Assembly (NCBI GenBank): GCA_051531975.1
Contig: JAOPTT010000006.1
Span: forward strand, 192,656-256,655
Source: Spirochaetaceae bacterium
GTDB taxonomy: Bacteria > Spirochaetota > Spirochaetia > DSM-2461
Length of the DNA stretch: 64,000 nt
Direction: 5' to 3'
Numbering within the stretch: the first letter of the stretch is position 1; every line of letters starts with the position of its first letter. The notes under the pieces were generated by a model. The model was not told the origin of the DNA and searched no databases. It saw only the letters and a list, made by a program, of their open reading frames with translations. The translations under genes were made by a program, and so were the position numbers. Shown piece after piece: positions 23,033 to 32,949 of the stretch.

Positions 23033-25267
23033 TTAAGAACATTTACTATAACCACAACTAATACAAGTCATGCAACCGTCTCTAAATGCTAACTTTTCAT
23101 CACATTCGGGGCAGAAACCTTCACTTGTAATTACCTCTTCACCATCTTTTATATAACCTTTTAGAACTCTAGATATACTTCTTTCTACAGCTGTAAAGTG
23201 TGTATCTTTTTGTAACTGGCTAACTATAAATTGCAGAGGAGTACCATGTCTTAAAGACATTGAGATCATTCTTGCTAAGGAAGCATCAATTGAGTCGTAT
23301 TGATTAGTAAAATCTTTTAACTTAACAGAATCAGTACCATTACTAAATATCAGATCGTATTGACCCTTAGCTGCTTTTCTAACTAATGTTTTTTTATCTG
23401 TTTCAAGATTAATCTCTTTTTTAGGGTCATCTATAACAAATACTTCGTATAACGATCCATTTAAAAGACCAGCTATAACTAAGAAACTTTTAGCACCAGA
23501 TTTTATTCTATGTATTTCGCAAGGTAGTTCTACAGGTCTTTCAGGAGCTACACGTCTAGTAACTGTTTTTTTAGTATCGTTATATTCTAATATTCCCTTC
23601 ATACTTCCTTCAGGATTAAATGTTGTGAAACCTTTTAACCCTTTATCATAAGCATTCATAAATATTTTCTGATATTCCTCGTATGTCGTACCTGGAGGAA
23701 GATTTAGTGTTTTAGAAATACTATGATCAATATATTTTTGGAAGATAGCCTGTACATCTATTGAATCGTAAGGATCAATATCCATCGTTGTTGTAAAGTA
23801 GTCTGGTTTTACATCTGTATTAAACATAGAAGTATATAATTTCCATGCATAGTCACTTACATTTTCAGTTTTAGTTTCATCACCAGTTCCAGTACGAACT
23901 GTTCTGTTATATGAAAGTGAAAATATTGGTTCTATACCAGAAGAACAGTTTTGACCCATAGAAAGTGAAGTTGTACCTGTAGGAGCAATAGTATTTAACT
24001 GAACATTTCTCATACCCTGTGTTTTTATTTTATCTCTTAACCAATTTGGTAGTTGTTTAATAAACTCACCATCTAAATATTTCTCTGTATCAAAAGAAGG
24101 GAAGGTTCCTTTTTCTAAAGCCAAATCAGAGGAGGCACTATATGTTGCATCTCTTAAAGTTTTTGCTATCTCTTCAGATAATATTAAGGATTCTTTACTT
24201 CCATATGGTATTTTTAACATTGCAAAAACATCGGCAAGACCTGTAAATCCAAGCCCAATTCGACGCCATAACTTTGAGAAATCTTCAATTTTATCAAGAG
24301 GGTATTCTGTTACATCTAATATGTTATCTAAAAATCTTACAGCAATTGTTATTGATTTCTTAAAATCTTCAAAACTAAATGTAGCTTCTTCTGAAAATGG
24401 GTTTGAAACAAATTTAACAAGATTCAGTGCGGATAGACAACATAGAGAATATGATGGCATTACAAGTTCACCACATGGATTACATCTATCCATATCAAAA
24501 GCCCAATAACCGTTATTAAATTTATTTACTGTATCGGAATAAAAAATTCCAGGTTCATTATTAAAATATGCATTTTTAGCAAGTTTATTATATAAATCTT
24601 TAGCTTTAACAGTTTTATAGACTTCATTATCAAATACTAAATCCCAATCTGAATCGCTTTTAACAGCCTTTATGAAGTCATCTGTAACTTTTACTGATAT
24701 ATTGAATTGTGTAAGTTCTTTATTTTCATCACCTTTTTTAGCGTGGATAAAATCTTCAATTTCAGGATGTGATATATCAAGAAGAGCTATATGAGCAGCT
24801 CTACGTTGACCACCTGTCATAATAGTTTTAGCAGACTGATCAAATATTCGTAAAAATGATATAACTCCAGAAGACTCTCCTCCACTAGAAAGTGGGGCAC
24901 CTTTTGGTCTTAACTTTGAGATATCAAATCCTACACCACCACCCATTTTACTGATTTTGGCATCCTCGGCTAAAGAGTTGTATATTCCCTCCATAGAATC
25001 TTCTATATCTATAGTAAAGCAGTTATTATAGTTTTTCATTGGACTATCTGGTCTTGCATTGGCAAGTATTCTTCCAGCAGGCATTAATCGACCCTCTGAA
25101 AGTTCTTTGTAAAAGATCTCTTCCCACTTCTGTTGTTCTTTCTCTTTAGATGAAATCTCAGATGCAACACCTTTAAAAATCTCTTCTGCTGTCTTTTCGT
25201 TATTTAATCCGTATTTTTGAAAAAATATCTCTTTACTTATCGGTTGTTCCCATTGCCACTCGTTCAT
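23033..25267 (-). CDS. nrdJ: Adenosylcobalamin-dependent (class II) ribonucleotide reductase
   Basis: NCF, GGGVG, NPCGE thiyl motif, TIAPTGT, HSISKT, and a C-terminal CPEC...CISCGYSKC. No ATP-cone, no intein and no adjacent R2 gene. Confidence 0.9.
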   Translation of the reverse strand: MNEWQWEQPISKEIFFQKYGLNNEKTAEEIFKGVASEISSKEKEQQKWEEIFYKELSEGRLMPAGRILANARPDSPMKNYNNCFTIDIEDSMEGIYNSLAEDAKISKMGGGVGFDISKLRPKGAPLSSGGESSGVISFLRIFDQSAKTIMTGGQRRAAHIALLDISHPEIEDFIHAKKGDENKELTQFNISVKVTDDFIKAVKSDSDWDLVFDNEVYKTVKAKDLYNKLAKNAYFNNEPGIFYSDTVNKFNNGYWAFDMDRCNPCGELVMPSYSLCCLSALNLVKFVSNPFSEEATFSFEDFKKSITIAVRFLDNILDVTEYPLDKIEDFSKLWRRIGLGFTGLADVFAMLKIPYGSKESLILSEEIAKTLRDATYSASSDLALEKGTFPSFDTEKYLDGEFIKQLPNWLRDKIKTQGMRNVQLNTIAPTGTTSLSMGQNCSSGIEPIFSLSYNRTVRTGTGDETKTENVSDYAWKLYTSMFNTDVKPDYFTTTMDIDPYDSIDVQAIFQKYIDHSISKTLNLPPGTTYEEYQKIFMNAYDKGLKGFTTFNPEGSMKGILEYNDTKKTVTRRVAPERPVELPCEIHRIKSGAKSFLVIAGLLNGSLYEVFVIDDPKKEINLETDKKTLVRKAAKGQYDLIFSNGTDSVKLKDFTNQYDSIDASLARMISMSLRHGTPLQFIVSQLQKDTHFTAVERSISRVLKGYIKDGEEVITSEGFCPECDEKLAFRDGCMTCISCGYSKCS

Positions 25268-25282
25268 ATGTATCCTTTTGAT

Positions 25283-25298
25283 GCGCTATATATAGTGC
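25283..25298 (-). promoter_or_regulatory. Putative NrdR box
   Basis: Minus strand GCACTATATATAGCGC matches the NrdR consensus acaCwAtATaTwGtg, 15 nt upstream of the nrdJ start. Confidence 0.7.
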
Positions 25299-25434
25299 TT
25301 ATTATTGTTTTTATTGTAATATTGACACTATAAAGCAGTTCATAGAAATATTAAAGATATTTTCTGTGTTTTTTAATAAAAAGTTCAATATTAAATTACT
25401 ATCAAAATTGAAATAAACTGTTAGACTTATATTT

Positions 25435-26805
25435 ATGGTTTCTAAAAAAGAAAAGTTACCGCTTAAAGTGGCACTAATTTACTCTGTAGGACAATTTGGT
25501 TGGTCCATACTGGTAAATATTGTAAGTCTACAATTAGTTTATTTTTATATACCACCAGTCGGATCAGGAATAAAACTTCATATTACTCAAGCAATATTTT
25601 TAGTAGTTTTAAATACTTTGTCCATTTTAGCAGCTAGTGGAAGAATCTTTGATGCTGTAACAGATCCGGTTATTGCAAATCTAAGTGATAGATGGAGAGG
25701 GAAAAGAGGACGTAGAACCCCATTTTTACTATTTGGTGCTGCGCCTGCTGCAATTTTTTGTACATTAATGTTTTTACCAGTAGTTAATGGTATTAGTGGT
25801 TGGAATATCGCATGGTTATTTTTTATGCAGTTGCTGTTCTACTTTTTTATTACTGTCTATGTAACACCATATTTTGCCCTAATACCAGAACTTGGACATA
25901 CATCAAATGAGAGATTAAATTTATCGACATGGATTTCCATAACTTATGGGTTAGGATTAATTACAGCTGCAATGGTACCGTCAATTGCTGATCTTATAAA
26001 TCGAGATGATAGGGTAAGGTCTATTCAGATAGCCATTGCAATTGTCTCTTTTATAGCTTTTATTGCTATGATAATACCAGGGGTTTTTATAGATGAAAAA
26101 AAATATGCCGATGGACAGCCCTCCAATGTCCCCCTGATTAAGGCATTTAAACGTACATTTTCAAATATAAATTTTAGATATTATGCTATTGCAGATTTAA
26201 TATATTTTATTGGGTTAACAATAATTTTAACTGGTCTTCTCTACTATGTAACAGTTTTATTAGGTCTATCTGAGAGATTAGTTGGTTCATTGTTATTAAT
26301 TATGATAGCGGTTTCATTTATTTTTTATCCTTTAGTTAATATTCTAGCAAAAAAAGTTGGAAAAAAGATTCTAATAATAATTTCAATTCTATTTATGGGT
26401 TTAATATTTTTTGGACTGTTTTTTCTTGGTAAATATCCAATACCTACCATAATTCAAGCATATCTTGTTGTCATATTTTACTCAATTCCTCTCTCTTTTT
26501 TAGGTATATTACCAAATGCAGTTTTGGCTGATATCGCCGAACACGATAGCTTAAAAAGTGGAATAAGACAGGAAGGCATGTTTTTTGCAGCAAGAACTTT
26601 AATGCATAAGTTTGGTCAAACTATTGGAGTATTACTATTTGCAGCATTAACAACACTTGGAAAAGACCCAGGAAATGATTTTGGAATAAGAGTTAGCGGA
26701 ATTGTTGGATTTATTTTATGTATGTTCGCAGGATTCTACTTTCTTAAATATAATGAGAAGAAAATAATGTATGAAACAGAGCAGATGTTAAAGGATAAGG
26801 TATAA
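25435..26805 (+). CDS. MFS transporter, GPH (glycoside-pentoside-hexuronide)-like
   Basis: RIFDAVTDPVIANLSDRWRGKRGRRTPF, PYFALIPEL and RQEGMFF motifs; 12 TM. Confidence 0.88.
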   Translation: MVSKKEKLPLKVALIYSVGQFGWSILVNIVSLQLVYFYIPPVGSGIKLHITQAIFLVVLNTLSILAASGRIFDAVTDPVIANLSDRWRGKRGRRTPFLLFGAAPAAIFCTLMFLPVVNGISGWNIAWLFFMQLLFYFFITVYVTPYFALIPELGHTSNERLNLSTWISITYGLGLITAAMVPSIADLINRDDRVRSIQIAIAIVSFIAFIAMIIPGVFIDEKKYADGQPSNVPLIKAFKRTFSNINFRYYAIADLIYFIGLTIILTGLLYYVTVLLGLSERLVGSLLLIMIAVSFIFYPLVNILAKKVGKKILIIISILFMGLIFFGLFFLGKYPIPTIIQAYLVVIFYSIPLSFLGILPNAVLADIAEHDSLKSGIRQEGMFFAARTLMHKFGQTIGVLLFAALTTLGKDPGNDFGIRVSGIVGFILCMFAGFYFLKYNEKKIMYETEQMLKDKV

Positions 26806-26867
26806 TTTTTTTGGAATTAAATTCCAGTAATTATATGATATGATAAAGCATAGGAGAATTCAGAGAA

Positions 26868-27326
26868 ATGGCCAATGAAGAATTAAAATCCTTAAATTTA
26901 ATAATAGATCAACATAAAGATAGAACAGCACCTTTAATGCCTGTATTACATGCAGTCCAGGGAACCTTTGGCTGTATATCATATAATAGTCAAATAATCA
27001 TAAGTAAAGAATTAAAAATATCACTTTCTCAGATAAGTGGGGTAGTCACATTTTATTCTGGGTTTACAGTTGAACCAAGGGGCAAAAATATTATAGGTGT
27101 CTGTATGGGAACTGCTTGTTACGTTAAAGGCGCTAAATTAATATTTAGAGAAGTCACAAAAATACTAGGGGCTGGATTAGGGGAAACAACGGTTGATGGA
27201 TTGTTTACAATTGCTCCTACAAGATGTTTAGGGGATTGTTCCAAAGCTCCTGCAGTTGTGGTTAATAATATAGTTTATGGGAATTTAAATGTTGAAGATA
27301 TAAAAGATATCATTTCAAAATATTAA
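26868..27326 (+). CDS. NuoE/HydC-like [2Fe-2S] subunit of formate dehydrogenase complex
   Basis: GVVTFY, CMGTAC and RCLGDC motifs. Confidence 0.9.
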   Translation: MANEELKSLNLIIDQHKDRTAPLMPVLHAVQGTFGCISYNSQIIISKELKISLSQISGVVTFYSGFTVEPRGKNIIGVCMGTACYVKGAKLIFREVTKILGAGLGETTVDGLFTIAPTRCLGDCSKAPAVVVNNIVYGNLNVEDIKDIISKY

Positions 27327-27341
27327 TAAGGAAAAACTATT

Positions 27342-28871
27342 ATGAGTCTAAATAATTTAGAGCAGATAAAATTGGAAACATTGGAAAATGTTCAGTTCTT
27401 AGAAGTCAAAAAACATGAACTGGAAGTAAGAAGAGTTCTAAGAAATTGTGATGTTATTGACCCATTAAATATTAATGAATATATAGCCCGAGATGGATAT
27501 TTTGCTGCGTATAAAGCCATAAATACAATGACTCCTGATGTTATTATTAAAGAGATGAAAAAATCTGGACTTCGTGGACGTGGAGGTGGAGGATTTCCTA
27601 CTGGTATCAAGTGGGAAATCGCAAATAAAATTGACTCTAATCAGAAATATATTATATGTAATGCCGATGAAGGTGATCCTGGCGCATTTATGGATCGTTC
27701 CATATTAGAAAAAGATCCACACTCAGTAATTGAGGGGATGTTAATAGCTGGGTATTCCATCGGTGCATCTATCGGTTATATATATATTCGAGCAGAATAT
27801 CCTACTGCAGCTGAACATCTTAATTTAGCTATAAAAGCAGCCAAAAAGCTAAAATATCTTGGTAATAATGTTTTTGATAGTACCTTTAATTTCGATATAG
27901 AGATAAGGCTTGGTGCAGGCGCATTTGTTTGTGGAGAAGAAACAGCGTTAATTGCTTCTATAGAAGGGGAGAGAGGTATGCCTAGATTAAAACCTCCTTT
28001 CCCAGCAATAAAGGGTCTGTTTGGTAAACCAACAGTAATTAATAATGTTGAAACACTATCTAATATTCCGCAAATTATTTTTAATGGTTCACACTGGTTC
28101 CTTGAATACGGAACAGAGAATTCTCCAGGAACAAAAGTATTTGCCCTAGCTGGTAAAATAGTTAACGGTGGTTTAATTGAAGTACCAATGGGTATCAGTT
28201 TACAAAAGGTTATTTATGATATCGGTGGTGGTGTTGAAAAAAACCGTAAATTTAAAGCGGTTTTAACAGGTGGTCCAAGTGGTGGTTGTTTAACAACTAT
28301 TCATTTAGAAGAACAAATTGATTTTGATAACCTAAAGTCTTTAGGTTCCATGATGGGTAGTGGTGGAATGATAGTTTTGGATGATACTAACTGTATGGTT
28401 GATATTGCTGGTTTTTATATGGATTTTATGGTTGATGAATCCTGTGGTAAATGTACTCCCTGTCGTGAAGGTACCAAAAGAATGTCAGGTATATTACAGA
28501 AGATCATTAGTGGTTCTGGAAATGAACATGATTTTATAAAACTAAATCAACTAGCCAACACTGTAAAAAATACATCCTTATGTGGATTAGGTAAAACAGC
28601 TCCAAATCCGGTTTTATCAACTATTCAATATTTTAATGATGAATATCTAGATCATATTAATAACAGACATTGTGAAGCAGGTGTATGTGAAGATCTGAGT
28701 AAATATAATATTACTTCAAAATGTATTGGTTGCCAGAAGTGTAGCAAAAATTGTCCGGTGGATTGCATTTCTGGTGGGAATAAAGAACAACATAACATTG
28801 ATCAGGAAACATGTATAAAATGTGGTATATGTTTAAAAGTGTGTCCAATTAGTGCAATAGAGGTAGAGTAA
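27342..28871 (+). CDS. NuoF/HydB-like FMN/NAD-binding subunit with C-terminal 2x[4Fe-4S]
   Basis: SGLRGRGGGGFPTG, CNADEGDPGAFMDR, GEETAL, GGPSGG, ESCGKCTPCREG and two CxxCxxCxxxCP motifs. Confidence 0.92.
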   Translation: MSLNNLEQIKLETLENVQFLEVKKHELEVRRVLRNCDVIDPLNINEYIARDGYFAAYKAINTMTPDVIIKEMKKSGLRGRGGGGFPTGIKWEIANKIDSNQKYIICNADEGDPGAFMDRSILEKDPHSVIEGMLIAGYSIGASIGYIYIRAEYPTAAEHLNLAIKAAKKLKYLGNNVFDSTFNFDIEIRLGAGAFVCGEETALIASIEGERGMPRLKPPFPAIKGLFGKPTVINNVETLSNIPQIIFNGSHWFLEYGTENSPGTKVFALAGKIVNGGLIEVPMGISLQKVIYDIGGGVEKNRKFKAVLTGGPSGGCLTTIHLEEQIDFDNLKSLGSMMGSGGMIVLDDTNCMVDIAGFYMDFMVDESCGKCTPCREGTKRMSGILQKIISGSGNEHDFIKLNQLANTVKNTSLCGLGKTAPNPVLSTIQYFNDEYLDHINNRHCEAGVCEDLSKYNITSKCIGCQKCSKNCPVDCISGGNKEQHNIDQETCIKCGICLKVCPISAIEVE

Positions 28872-31574
28872 ATGGTTGATATAAATCTAATTAATATTAC
28901 TTTAAATGGTATAGCGGTGAAAGTCGAAAAAGGCTCAACCATTTTAACGGTATGTAAAATAAATGGTATAGATATACCAACATTTTGTTTTGATGAACGG
29001 TTAAAATCACATTCTGCTTGTAGAATTTGTATAGTAGAAGTTAATGGGCAAGATACATTATTACCTTCCTGTTCCACTTTAGTAGCTGAAGGAATGAATA
29101 TTCAGACACACAATGAGAGGGTTATAAATTCAAGACGGGATATTTTAGAGTTATTATGGGCTAACCACCCTAATGACTGCCTAGTATGTGAAAAATCCGG
29201 TGAATGTGATCTACAGAAATATAGTTATGAATATGATATCGATCCGGATAGTTATTACAGTTTTGATACTAAAAAATCTCATAAAATTAATTACTCTAAT
29301 AAGTTCTATATTAATGACCAAAACAAGTGCATTTTATGTGGCAAATGTATTCGAGTTTGTGATGAGTTGCAGAATGTAAATACAATTGGGTTTCTAGAGA
29401 GAGGGCAAGATTCGTATGTTGGATATCCACTAGATGGATCATATGAAAATAGTGTATGTGTTTCATGTGGAAATTGTGTTTCTATATGCCCAGTAGGTGC
29501 TTTAATGCCAAAAAGTAGGGATAAGTTTAGAAATTGGGATGTTAAGAAAGTTCAAACTACATGTTCATATTGTGGCGTGGGATGTCAGATGGATTTAGTA
29601 ATAAACAATGATAAAGTTGTTAGAATTGATCCAGTTGATAATGGACCTAATGAGGGACTTTTATGTGTAAAAGGAAAGTTCGCATATAACTATATAAATC
29701 ATAAGGATCGTTTAACAAAACCTCTGATTAAAAAAGATGGTGAATTTCAGGAAGCCACCTGGGATGAGGTTTTAAATACTATTGTAAATAAAATTACCCA
29801 ATTAAAATCTAAATATAGCTCTGATGTTTTTGCTGGACTATCTAGTGCAAAATGTACTAATGAAGAGAACTACCTAATGCAGAAGTTTATGAGGGCAGTT
29901 CTTGGTACAAATAATATTGATCATTGTGCAAGACTTTGTCATGCATCAACAGTAGCTGGTTTAGCATCTACTCTAGGCAGTGGTGCAATGACAAATAGTA
30001 TTTCTGAAGTAAAAAATAGTGATGTTATATTTATTTTAGGATCAAATACTACAGAAACACATCCTGTAATAGGTTCAATGATACTCCAGGCTAAAAGAGA
30101 TGGAGCAAGAATTATTGTAGCAGATCCAAGAGAGATTGAGATGGCAAAACATGCAGACGTCTACCTGCAGATTGAACCAGGTTCCAATATTGCTCTTGTA
30201 AATGCAATGTGTCATGTAATATATAAAGAGAAACTATATAAAGAAAGTTACATTGAAACTAGAACTGAAAACTTCGAAGAGTTTATAGAAATATTAGATG
30301 CTTATACTCCAGAAATTGTCTCTCATATATGTGGTGTTGATGCTGAAGATATAATAAAAGCAGCGAGAATTTATGCTAAAACTGACAAAGCTGCTATTTA
30401 TTATTCAATGGGGGTTACTCAACACTCAAGTGGAACTAATAATGTTAAATCATTAGCTAATTTAGCCATGATGTGTGGAAATATAGGTATAGAATCAGGT
30501 GGTATTAATCCATTAAGAGGACAAAATAATGTACAGGGAGCATGTGATTTAGGAGCTCTACCAAATAATTACCCAGGATATCAAAAAGTATTTGATGAAA
30601 AAGTCCAAAAGAAGTTTGAAAAGGCATGGGGAGTTCCACTGTCTGATAAAGTAGGATTAACAGTTACCTCTATGTTAGAAAAAGCTGTTACAGGAGAAAT
30701 TAAATTTCTTTATATTATGGGGGAGAATCCAGCTGTTTCAGATCCAAATACAAATCATGTATTAAAGGCTCTTAAAAGTTTAGATTTTTTAGTGGTACAG
30801 GATATATTTTTATCGGAAACAGCAAAATATGCAGATATAGTTTTGCCTGCGGTATCATTTGCTGAGAAAGATGGAACATTTACTAATACAGAGAGAAAGA
30901 TTCAACGAATTAGAAAAGCGATCCCATCCATAGGAGAATCAAAGGCTGACTGGGAAATAATCTCTGATCTGATGAACCGTCTCGGATATAGCACTGATTA
31001 TAATTCCCCATCTGATATTATGGATGAAATAGCTCTGCTCACACCTATTTATGGTGGAATTAATTTTAATAGGATCGAAGAGGAAGGGATTCAGTGGCCA
31101 TGCCCAAACATAAATCATAAAGGTACTAAATTCCTTCATAAAGATACTTTTACTAGGGGATTAGGTCTGTTTACTCCAACACAGCATTTTGGAGCCATGG
31201 AAACAATAGATGTTGAATATCCACTTATTTTAACTACAGGTCGTTCTTTATATCATTTTCATACAAGTACTATGACAAAGAGAACAAAAGAAATAAATGA
31301 AATTGTAGGTAGTAATTATTTAGAATTGTCTAACAAAACTGCTTATAAACATAATATTAAAAATGGTGATTTATTAAGAGTCACTTCTCGCCGGGGTAGT
31401 TCAGAGGCAAGAGCAAAAGTAATCGACAGAATTAAAGATGGTGTTGTATTTATGACTTTTCACTATCCAGGTGGAGCCAATATGTTAACTAGTAATAAAC
31501 ATTTGGATAAAGAGAGTAGTATCCCTGAATTAAAGGTTAGTGCAGTAAAAATAGAGTTAATTAGTGGAAGCTAA
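28872..31574 (+). CDS. fdhF: Formate dehydrogenase alpha subunit (Mo/W-bisPGD, Cys-type) with NuoG-like Fe-S N-terminus
   Basis: [2Fe-2S] motif, HxxxCxxC, 2x[4Fe-4S], CSYCGVGC, catalytic CARLCH (TGT codon, not Sec), LRGQNNVQG. Confidence 0.93.
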   Translation: MVDINLINITLNGIAVKVEKGSTILTVCKINGIDIPTFCFDERLKSHSACRICIVEVNGQDTLLPSCSTLVAEGMNIQTHNERVINSRRDILELLWANHPNDCLVCEKSGECDLQKYSYEYDIDPDSYYSFDTKKSHKINYSNKFYINDQNKCILCGKCIRVCDELQNVNTIGFLERGQDSYVGYPLDGSYENSVCVSCGNCVSICPVGALMPKSRDKFRNWDVKKVQTTCSYCGVGCQMDLVINNDKVVRIDPVDNGPNEGLLCVKGKFAYNYINHKDRLTKPLIKKDGEFQEATWDEVLNTIVNKITQLKSKYSSDVFAGLSSAKCTNEENYLMQKFMRAVLGTNNIDHCARLCHASTVAGLASTLGSGAMTNSISEVKNSDVIFILGSNTTETHPVIGSMILQAKRDGARIIVADPREIEMAKHADVYLQIEPGSNIALVNAMCHVIYKEKLYKESYIETRTENFEEFIEILDAYTPEIVSHICGVDAEDIIKAARIYAKTDKAAIYYSMGVTQHSSGTNNVKSLANLAMMCGNIGIESGGINPLRGQNNVQGACDLGALPNNYPGYQKVFDEKVQKKFEKAWGVPLSDKVGLTVTSMLEKAVTGEIKFLYIMGENPAVSDPNTNHVLKALKSLDFLVVQDIFLSETAKYADIVLPAVSFAEKDGTFTNTERKIQRIRKAIPSIGESKADWEIISDLMNRLGYSTDYNSPSDIMDEIALLTPIYGGINFNRIEEEGIQWPCPNINHKGTKFLHKDTFTRGLGLFTPTQHFGAMETIDVEYPLILTTGRSLYHFHTSTMTKRTKEINEIVGSNYLELSNKTAYKHNIKNGDLLRVTSRRGSSEARAKVIDRIKDGVVFMTFHYPGGANMLTSNKHLDKESSIPELKVSAVKIELISGS

Positions 31575-32154
31575 TACAGTAATTATATTAGCTGGTGGAA
31601 AGAGTACAAGAATGGGGATGGATAAACTAAGGATTAAAATTAATGGTAATTATCTCATTGATAATATTATTAACAAATTAAAAAACGAGTTTGATGAAAT
31701 TATTATTGTTACTAATGATCCTCTATATCATAGAGAAGATGGCATTATTGTTATAGATGATGAAGACAAAAGTTGTGGGCCATTATGTGGGATTTATTCA
31801 GGATTAAAAAGATCGAGTAGTAATTATTCATTTGTAATGGCCTGTGACATGCCCTATGTAAACCTTGATTTCATAAGATATGAAAAAGAAAAACTAAATA
31901 ATACATTCGATGTAATTATAGCAAAAATAGGAGTTTTTACTGAACCTCTATACGGTTTTTATAAGAAAGAGATGCTAACAAAAATATATAATGAAATAAA
32001 AAATGGGCAATATTCTATCAACAAATTATTAAAAAAAATAAATACTAAATATATTGATCAAAGCATTACACAGAGTTTCTCTAAAGATTTGTTAATGTTT
32101 AAGAATTTAAATACTTTATCTGATGTAGAAGAATTTCTTAAAAGTGGAGAATAA
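31564..32154 (+). CDS. mobA: Molybdenum cofactor guanylyltransferase
   Basis: ILAGGKSTRMG.DK, GPLCGI, ACDMP and NLNT motifs. Confidence 0.9.
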   Translation: MEANTVIILAGGKSTRMGMDKLRIKINGNYLIDNIINKLKNEFDEIIIVTNDPLYHREDGIIVIDDEDKSCGPLCGIYSGLKRSSSNYSFVMACDMPYVNLDFIRYEKEKLNNTFDVIIAKIGVFTEPLYGFYKKEMLTKIYNEIKNGQYSINKLLKKINTKYIDQSITQSFSKDLLMFKNLNTLSDVEEFLKSGE

Positions 32155-32156
32155 CT

Positions 32157-32948
32157 ATGGATATTTATGAAACTAAATCAATAATAAAAGTTTTAGGAAA
32201 TTCTAAGGAAATATTAGATGACGTGGTGGTTACAGAATATCCACTAACAATATATTTAAATAAAAATGAATTTGTAACTATACTTTGTACTCCTAAATCA
32301 TTAAAAGAATTAACTATTGGTTTTTTAATTGGTGAAGGAATAATAGAGAATTTATCTGATATTAGTAATATTGATTTACATTTAGATCGAAATATTTCCT
32401 GTGTTACACTTTCTGACAATATAAACATCGAAAACACACTCTCTAAAAAGGATATAAGAACAACAGGATGTGGTCGGGGATCAACTTTTAATCTATCAAT
32501 TAATGAACTATCTAAACATAAATTAGAATTATCAGATGATTTAGTAATAAAAACATCAGATATAATCAGTAACATGAATACCTTTGTTAAAAAATCCGAT
32601 CTGTTCAGACTTACTGGTGGGGTTCATAGTGTTATGTTAAGTGATAATAATAAAGAGTTGTTTTTTGAAGATGATATTGGTCGGCATAATGCTGTTGATA
32701 AAATAATCGGAAATGCCTTGATTCAAAAAATCTCATTAAATAGTAATATACTCTTTACCAGTGGGCGTATTTCTAGTGAAATAATAATGAAAATTGCTAA
32801 AGCAGGACTCCCAGTCATCATATCAAAATCAGCTCCTACATCTGTAGCAATTGAATTAGCAGAACACCTGAATATTACTCTAATTGGCTTTGCTAGAGGG
32901 AAACGAATGAATATTTACACACATCCCCAGAGAGTATTAGTTGAATAA
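32157..32948 (+). CDS. fdhD: Formate dehydrogenase accessory sulfurtransferase
   Basis: TTGCG, TGGVHS, DIGRHNAVDK, TSGRIS and SAPT motifs. Confidence 0.92.
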   Translation: MDIYETKSIIKVLGNSKEILDDVVVTEYPLTIYLNKNEFVTILCTPKSLKELTIGFLIGEGIIENLSDISNIDLHLDRNISCVTLSDNINIENTLSKKDIRTTGCGRGSTFNLSINELSKHKLELSDDLVIKTSDIISNMNTFVKKSDLFRLTGGVHSVMLSDNNKELFFEDDIGRHNAVDKIIGNALIQKISLNSNILFTSGRISSEIIMKIAKAGLPVIISKSAPTSVAIELAEHLNITLIGFARGKRMNIYTHPQRVLVE

Positions 32949-32949
32949 T

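Noticed and set aside
23033..25267. Intein or intron in nrdJ
   Set aside because: The ORF is continuous at normal length, with no splice-junction or homing endonuclease motifs.
29920..29945. Selenocysteine in FdhF active site
   Set aside because: The codon is TGT (Cys) and the ORF has no in-frame TGA.
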